Source: a bacterium (GTDB lineage Bacteria > Auribacterota > Tritonobacteria > UBA1439). From it: 64,000 nucleotides of DNA. Location of the stretch: NCBI GenBank assembly GCA_028716845.1, contig JAQUPF010000004.1, forward strand, positions 128,730 to 192,729. The letters are read 5' to 3'. The notes under the pieces were generated by a model. That model did not search any database and was not told where the DNA came from. It saw nothing but the letters and a program-made list of their open reading frames with translations. Positions 58,379 through 64,000 of the stretch are shown one piece after another (position 1 is the first letter of the stretch; each line of letters starts with the position of its first letter). A program made the translations under genes and the position numbers.

Positions 58379-59189
58379 TATATCTCCTGTGGAGGAAGAT
58401 GAGCGTCGAGACCACATAGCAGAACGCGGCGAAGAGCAGCGCATAGCCGAGAATTCCGGCAAGGGAGACCCAATCCATCGCCAGGACCCGGTAGCTCAGG
58501 TGCACGCCCTTCACCTTGTCGGCGAGGGGGGAATAGGTGGGGAGAAGGACATAGCAGGCGGCGAGGAGCTGCTGGACCATCCGGAGCATGAAGAGGCGCA
58601 CCTGATCCGTCGTCCCGTCCATCGCCCCCATGGTGACGATCATGAGCCAGTAGAGAAGCCTCTCATGAATCACCATGATGATCAGGACCGCCACGGCCGG
58701 GTGCAGGAAGGTCGCGAGCAGGACAGCCCAAGACAACGCCACGGTGCTTGAGGCGATCCCCTCGATGGCGACGAAGATGATTCCCGTCTGGAAAGGAATC
58801 GTCCAGACCAGGGAGAGGATCGTCGCCAGCACGAGCCCCAGCAGATGCATGGAGGAACAGGCGAGGACGGTGGATAGAAACACCGAGAGCATCCACCCTT
58901 CCGGTCGACACGGCTTCGTCAGCACCATCTTGATGCAGCGGGTGCTGACGTGGTAGTAGAACGTGAGGACCGCGAGGGCCACCCCCATCACGAAGGCGAA
59001 CCTTCCTATCTCCTGCTGGATCCGCCGGATCAGATCGAACCGGGTCATCGAACTCCGGGTCGCGACGGAGGGAATGAGCATCACGGCAAGGATGATGCCG
59101 ACAAACAGGCCGACCGCCCGGATGAGCCGGTTTCTCCGGAAGAAGACAATCTGCACTCTGATCTGCTCACGAAGGTGCCCGGTCATCAC
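58374..59189 (-). CDS. ABC-2-type transporter permease (membrane protein)
   Basis: It has 6 predicted TM helices and sits in an operon with an ABC ATPase and a TlpA-like redoxin. Confidence 0.55.
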   Translation of the reverse strand: MMTGHLREQIRVQIVFFRRNRLIRAVGLFVGIILAVMLIPSVATRSSMTRFDLIRRIQQEIGRFAFVMGVALAVLTFYYHVSTRCIKMVLTKPCRPEGWMLSVFLSTVLACSSMHLLGLVLATILSLVWTIPFQTGIIFVAIEGIASSTVALSWAVLLATFLHPAVAVLIIMVIHERLLYWLMIVTMGAMDGTTDQVRLFMLRMVQQLLAACYVLLPTYSPLADKVKGVHLSYRVLAMDWVSLAGILGYALLFAAFCYVVSTLIFLHRRYI

Positions 59190-60087
59190 GCGCTCCCCTG
59201 AGGACGTCCATAAAGATGTCTTCGAGCGTATTTCGCTTCAACGAGCAGGCATACACCGCGAGCCCCTTCCCCGCCGCGAAGGACAGAAAGGCCGAGAGCA
59301 TGTCCGCGGGGAGGGCGGCCCGTATCACCCCCGCCTCGCTCCGCTCCACCGCGATGTATCCAGGAACATCCGCGCACGCATCGAACTCCACGCTGTAGAG
59401 CCCGCGATCAAATCGAATGAGGTTCCTCAGCTCATCCTGGAGCACGACCCGCCCATGGTCCATGATCGCGACATGGTCGCTCACCATCTCCACCTCCGAG
59501 AGGATGTGCGAATTGATGAGGATCGTCGTGCCCCCACGGTGCATCCTGATGAGGATGTCCCTGAACTCCTTCGTGGCGATGGGGTCAAGTCCCCGCGTCG
59601 GCTCGTCGAGGAAGAGGAGGTCGCACTGTTTGAGGATGCACGCCGCGATACCCGCCTTCTGCTTCATCCCCTTGGAGCAATTCCCGAGCAGCAGGTCGCT
59701 GAATTCCGACAGGCCGACCTGCTCCATGACCTCGCGGATCCTTCGCGAGGGAATGCGTTCATCGTAGAGCGAGCCGTAGTACCGAATCGCCTCCTCGACC
59801 GTGAGGTACAGGTGGTAATGGGGCTCCTCGGGAAGGTAGGCGATCCGTTCGAACTGCGGGGACCCTTTCCGGGGCATCCCTCCGAAGAGTGAAACCGATC
59901 CCCGGTCGGGCCGTATCAGCCCCAGAAAGCAGTATAATGCCGTGGATTTCCCCGCGCCGTTGGGGCCCAGCAGGGCACAAAAGTCGCCGGCCCGTACCTG
60001 CAGATTGAAGCCGTCGAGCGCGCGAATCTTCTCCCGCCGGCGTCCCCTCGCGAATTCAACGGTCACGTCGCGCGCGTCGAGGATCAT
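59167..60087 (-). CDS. ABC transporter ATP-binding protein
   Basis: Walker A is GPNGAGKST. The signature is CSKGMKQKAGIA. Walker B is LLFLDEPT. The start is MILDARD. Confidence 0.85.
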   Translation of the reverse strand: MILDARDVTVEFARGRRREKIRALDGFNLQVRAGDFCALLGPNGAGKSTALYCFLGLIRPDRGSVSLFGGMPRKGSPQFERIAYLPEEPHYHLYLTVEEAIRYYGSLYDERIPSRRIREVMEQVGLSEFSDLLLGNCSKGMKQKAGIAACILKQCDLLFLDEPTRGLDPIATKEFRDILIRMHRGGTTILINSHILSEVEMVSDHVAIMDHGRVVLQDELRNLIRFDRGLYSVEFDACADVPGYIAVERSEAGVIRAALPADMLSAFLSFAAGKGLAVYACSLKRNTLEDIFMDVLRGARDDRAPS

Positions 60088-60932
60088 TCCCGCACCACAC
60101 TGTACTTCCGGCTCAATGCGGCTATGATCTCCCCGTCGTCCTTCCGCTCCAGCACCGCCTGGACGAGATCCTTCTTGATCCTCCTGGCGATCATGCAGTT
60201 GCACATATCCAATCGCTTCTCCCGCCCGCAGGGACAGTTGATTCTCCCCGCTATCTCCTCCGCGCGACCATGGAGCACCGTGCCTTTCCCCCCGAGGACG
60301 TTTGCGTAGAATTCCCGGCGCTGCCCCGCCAGGTACGCCCCGCGACTGATCCCCTCTCCTCCCCTGATGGATGCCAGGAGGGGCATTACCACATGCTCGA
60401 GGAGGACATCCGCGTTGCTGATCGCCCCCATCTCATAGAGGGTCACCCTGCCCTGGTGATCAATGAGCACCGTCGTGGGGATTGAATCGATGCCGAACTT
60501 CCGGCGTATGTCGCTCCCGGCATCAATCCCGACGGGGAATGCGATCGTATGCTCCGCGACGAATTCCCTTACCGCCGATTCCTCCTCATCGGTGTTGATG
60601 CCGAGCAACACGAACGGATCATCCCTGTGGGCCAGCGCGTACCGATTGAGTTCGGGGATTTCCGTCCGGCACGGCTTGCACCAGGTGGCAAAGAAATTCA
60701 GCGCAACGATCTTCCGCCCGGCCGCGTCCGCCATGCGGAACGTTCCGCCGTCCAGAAGCTTCAGCTCGAAATCCGGCGCATACTTGCCGCGCCATCGGGC
60801 ATGGCGTCGCATCTTCCTGGAATATCGAGAGATGGATATGACATCCGGCACCGTTTTGGCGGCCTGATGGATGATGACGATTCCGATCGCGAGCAGGAGC
60901 GCGATGAGAACAGTGCACCGGGTGCCCAGCAT
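60084..60932 (-). CDS. TlpA-family thiol-disulfide oxidoreductase (redoxin) with a C-terminal Cys cluster
   Basis: The N-terminal TM anchor is followed by a thioredoxin fold with WCKPC. The C-terminal extension contains CPCG...CNC. A 4-nt overlap links it with the downstream ATPase. Confidence 0.7.
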   Translation of the reverse strand: MLGTRCTVLIALLLAIGIVIIHQAAKTVPDVISISRYSRKMRRHARWRGKYAPDFELKLLDGGTFRMADAAGRKIVALNFFATWCKPCRTEIPELNRYALAHRDDPFVLLGINTDEEESAVREFVAEHTIAFPVGIDAGSDIRRKFGIDSIPTTVLIDHQGRVTLYEMGAISNADVLLEHVVMPLLASIRGGEGISRGAYLAGQRREFYANVLGGKGTVLHGRAEEIAGRINCPCGREKRLDMCNCMIARRIKKDLVQAVLERKDDGEIIAALSRKYSVVRE

Positions 60933-61123
60933 CTCCTCACACCCTTTTCAGCGGATGAAACCCGGGACAAGAAAAGGGCGCATCCGAAACCGGACGCGCC
61001 TTGAGGGCGACAACAACCTTCTCAGGGATCACGTTCTGCATGGGAACCTCAACCCGATCTCGATCAGATTCTGTTCTTCCCGGCCCCCGGCGTCAAGGCG
61101 GAATCGACATTTCACAATATTAA

Positions 61124-61250
61124 CGGAGACGCATTACATAACGGCCATGGCGTCGGAGGGATAGGTACTCATGCACCCGGTGGGGCCCACGGTGCGAATG
61201 GATTGGAAACATGCACCGCCGCTGGAGCTTACATAGATACGTCTTCGCCT
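61124..61250. repeat. PRE copy M (full length, degenerate)
   Basis: GAGACGCATTACATAA...GGATAGGTACTC...CACGGTGCGAATGGATTGG...GCTTACATAGATACGTCTTC. Confidence 0.5.
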
Positions 61251-61274
61251 GACGCCATTACCGTGTTGCGGACA

Positions 61275-64000
61275 TCATGGGGCCACGAAGACCATCACAT
61301 CGTCCAGCGCCAGGTTGCCGCCGCTGGGCGCCTTCTCATACTTGAAAAGGATTCGGGTGGCGTTGTAGTCGGGATAGTACGGCCCCATCAGCACACCCTT
61401 GACGGGAAGGCTCTGGATCTCGGCCAGCGTGAACCACGTCGTCCCGATCAGCTGCTTGATGATAAGCTTGCTTTGCGGGCCATTCCCGCCGGGGCTGACC
61501 AGTTTGGCCCAGAAGTAGAGCGCCGTGGGATTGGAGAACTCCCTCGTGATCGCCGCCTGCTCCGGCCGTTCGAACCTCAACATGGGCGGCCCTGAAATGC
61601 TGCCGCTCAGGAGGGGATATCCGGGGCGCAGACGCAGGCCGAGGTATGCGTCGCCGCTCTGGAAGTTCTCATAATCCCAGCCGGCGGGCCATGTCCCCGG
61701 CTCGTCGGGCCAGGCATTCTTGAAGCCCTCCGGGAAGCCATCGGCCGGGACGTGATCGGGCAACGGCAGCGGCACGTCGCGAACGGCCCTGACGAGCTGC
61801 GTTTCCGTCCTTGGCCGTGCGACTTCACCGGGACCGAGATTGTACCAGCTGTAGGCCCTGGCATTCCCGCCTTCATCGGCCGTGGAAGTCCAGTACGAGT
61901 ACTCGGGCTTGTCATAGTAGTAGTAGCCCAGCAGATGCCTGTTCTGGTACATCAGGCCCATCTCTTCCGCGGTGGGCAGGCGCCAATCATCCCTGCCCAG
62001 CCAGTTGCCGATCTCGCGGCGGCTTCCAAGCAAGTGATCCTTGGTCCCGTCGTTCCATGTCCGCACATTCCCCTTGGCCCACTCTATTGCCGTATCCCAG
62101 TCATATCTGACGAGCCAATGGGGAGCGCCCGGGGACTGCACGTGCCGGGTCACATACATGTCCCCGATCTGCACGACCTCATCTCTGCCGGCCGGGCCGT
62201 AACACTGGTACCAATGATCGGGATGAGGAGTGGGAGCGGGGGCATCCACCACGCAGGCATGCGTCCCCGTCCGCCAGGCGCTGGTGCCGCCGCCGTTCGT
62301 CGCCTTCACCCTGTACCAGTAGCTGCCGTTGCCGACCTCCTGCGAATAGGAGGTTCCCATTCCCGAGGAGATCGGATTCCAGCTCTGCTGGGCATCATGC
62401 GAGCGTTCCAGTTCGTACGTGAGCGCGCCGTCGGAGGGGGCCCAGAACACCTCATAGATGCCCGTGGCGGAACTCGAGGGGTAAGTGATGGAATCCGGCG
62501 CCGACGGCGGCATCGGGGTGGGATCCACCGTGGGCGTTCCTGTCGGAGCCGGGGAGGGCGTGCTCGCCGGCGTCGCCGTGGGCGTCGGCGTGGCCGTCGG
62601 CGGCGGCGCACACTGTGCCGGATCACACAGGAGCTCGTCCCAGTAGCTCGCCCCGTCGGCGCCGATGTGGATGGTGCTGAACCCGTGGATATCGGTGTGC
62701 GCGGCGAGCGCCGCCGCCGACGGCAGATAGATCCACGATTCCAGGGCGCCGCCGCCCGCCTCGGCCTGGTAGGTGAGCCGAATCCTGTCCCCCGCCTCGG
62801 AGACGAAGTCACCCCATCCGATGTACAGGCTCGCGTTCCTGTCGGAGTAGTGCGCCGGGTACATCTCCCCGTTCTCAACGAACACATTCCCGTTATCCGT
62901 CACCCCCGCATACTCGTCCGACCAGAATGAGTAGAGCAGGCCGTTCGCCGTGGCCGCCCTCGTCTGCTCGATCCACATGCCGAGCGGACGGTGGACGAAC
63001 AGCGGCATGTTGCAGAACGCCGCGCCGGCATACGCGCCCATGTTCGGCGGGTCGCCGAACGGCACGCCCGCCAGGTCCGTTGCCGGAGCCCACGCCGCAT
63101 TGCCCGCCTCATAGCAGCTCGAAGTGGCATCGCGGAGGCGGTAGTCGCCGCCGGCCGCGTCAATGAACACCGGGTGGTCCGTGATGCTGTTCGGCCCCGG
63201 GACCGCAACGCCGCCCCAGTCGCCGATCGTGTTCCCGCTGAGACAGTTCCAGTCGGTGTCGTGGCTCACCCCGGAGGCGATCGTGATGCCGTATCCTGTA
63301 TTATCCACAATGATGCTGTTGTAGATGGCGGTGGTGACGCCGCCCTCCCCCAGGATGACCTGAAATCCGCTTTGCTTGTTGTCCGCGATGGTCGTGTTCA
63401 CCATCGTGAGGGTCGCCCAGGAACCGTAGAGCCCTCTCCCCTTGTTGCCGTAGCTCAGCGACGATTCGACACGTATGTTGCCGCGTTGCGCGGTGTCTTC
63501 GGGGTGGGTGTTTGACTCGACATATATCCCGTGCCCCGAGTTGCCATGCGCTGTTGAGCGCCGGATTATGTTCGGCTCCCCGGTGAGCTGGTACGGGTAG
63601 ATGCTGAAGCCGTTTCCTGCATTGCCGTGCGCAACGCTCTCCTCGATCACGACCCCCTGATTGTTGTAATGGACGTTGACCCCCGCTCTCCGATTGTCAC
63701 GGGCCACGCAGTTGGAGATGGTGCTGTAGCTCCCCGCGCCGCCGCTCCCGATCTCGAACCCGTTGTGGAGGGCGTTTCTCGCCTCGAAGTTCTTCACGAT
63801 CCAGTATTGCCGCCGTATGTAGAGGCCCTCGTTGCGCACATATTCCCCGTCTACGATCGGCCGTGATGTCGAATCCGGCCAGATCTCGCCCGCCCAATCG
63901 CCCTTCAACACTATCTCGTTGCCGGAACTCCCGTTGTGCGTCATGGAGGAGCCGGGGGATTCGGGGTATGTCCCCGCCCGCACCCAGATCGTGTCTCCGG
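61275..64000 (-). CDS. Large surface protein: right-handed parallel beta-helix repeats, Pro/Thr linker, FN3-like domain and DUF1566 (Lcl C-terminal) domain, N-terminally partial
   Basis: Repeated GNxG/NxxG beta-helix rungs (HGNAGNGFSI, HGNSGHGIYV, YGNKGRGLY) are present. The linker is PTATPTPTATPASTPSPAPTGTPTV. The DUF1566 motif is DWRLPTAEEM...YWTST. The ORF reaches the window edge. Confidence 0.6.
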   Translation of the reverse strand, partial: GDTIWVRAGTYPESPGSSMTHNGSSGNEIVLKGDWAGEIWPDSTSRPIVDGEYVRNEGLYIRRQYWIVKNFEARNALHNGFEIGSGGAGSYSTISNCVARDNRRAGVNVHYNNQGVVIEESVAHGNAGNGFSIYPYQLTGEPNIIRRSTAHGNSGHGIYVESNTHPEDTAQRGNIRVESSLSYGNKGRGLYGSWATLTMVNTTIADNKQSGFQVILGEGGVTTAIYNSIIVDNTGYGITIASGVSHDTDWNCLSGNTIGDWGGVAVPGPNSITDHPVFIDAAGGDYRLRDATSSCYEAGNAAWAPATDLAGVPFGDPPNMGAYAGAAFCNMPLFVHRPLGMWIEQTRAATANGLLYSFWSDEYAGVTDNGNVFVENGEMYPAHYSDRNASLYIGWGDFVSEAGDRIRLTYQAEAGGGALESWIYLPSAAALAAHTDIHGFSTIHIGADGASYWDELLCDPAQCAPPPTATPTPTATPASTPSPAPTGTPTVDPTPMPPSAPDSITYPSSSATGIYEVFWAPSDGALTYELERSHDAQQSWNPISSGMGTSYSQEVGNGSYWYRVKATNGGGTSAWRTGTHACVVDAPAPTPHPDHWYQCYGPAGRDEVVQIGDMYVTRHVQSPGAPHWLVRYDWDTAIEWAKGNVRTWNDGTKDHLLGSRREIGNWLGRDDWRLPTAEEMGLMYQNRHLLGYYYYDKPEYSYWTSTADEGGNARAYSWYNLGPGEVARPRTETQLVRAVRDVPLPLPDHVPADGFPEGFKNAWPDEPGTWPAGWDYENFQSGDAYLGLRLRPGYPLLSGSISGPPMLRFERPEQAAITREFSNPTALYFWAKLVSPGGNGPQSKLIIKQLIGTTWFTLAEIQSLPVKGVLMGPYYPDYNATRILFKYEKAPSGGNLALDDVMVFVAP

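Overview
This is a high-GC (about 65-70%) bacterial contig, probably from an uncultured soil or sediment organism. GloVer beta-propeller repeats, sulfatase-TPR and TPR lipoproteins suggest a Verrucomicrobia- or Acidobacteria-like lifestyle. From 1 to about 37 kb it is ordinary chromosome: shikimate genes aroA and aroE, a conserved PRTase-like plus Pol-beta-NTase-like gene pair, a GloVer-repeat secreted protein, a sulfatase-TPR fusion, an ERCC4/XPF-type nuclease, an alpha/beta-hydrolase lipoprotein, a trehalose operon glgX-treZ-treY, ABC transporters, a B12-radical SAM enzyme, a RecB-family (TM0106) nuclease, typA/bipA, plsC, catalase, and an MBL-fold plus rhodanese fusion. From about 37.5 to 53.7 kb GC drops and a mobile/defence island appears. 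It contains an AbiEi/AbiEii-like module with a palindromic operator, and a candidate 5.6-kb IS1595-family cargo transposon with 20-bp terminal inverted repeats carrying a type II R-M pair and a trypsin-like protease. It also holds IS21 (IstB) and IS256 transposase remnants, a RelA/SpoT-domain (toxSAS/CapRel-like) gene, a DUF3800 gene, a 1.1-kDa-class type IIG (MmeI-like) R-M enzyme and a GIY-YIG nuclease. The most striking signal is a previously unnamed family of at least 15 copies of an AT-richer, imperfectly palindromic element of about 125 bp. Its outer arms are GTAGACGTTGTAT...ATACAACGTCTAC and its central hairpin is TTCGCCCC-n-GGGGCGAA. Copies sit almost exclusively at gene ends. Several supply the last codons or the stop codon of the upstream gene, and several are followed by a TTGAC -35 box. 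One full element and two half-elements are associated with a segmental duplication and deletion around an FAH-family gene. No rRNA, tRNA or CRISPR array was found.
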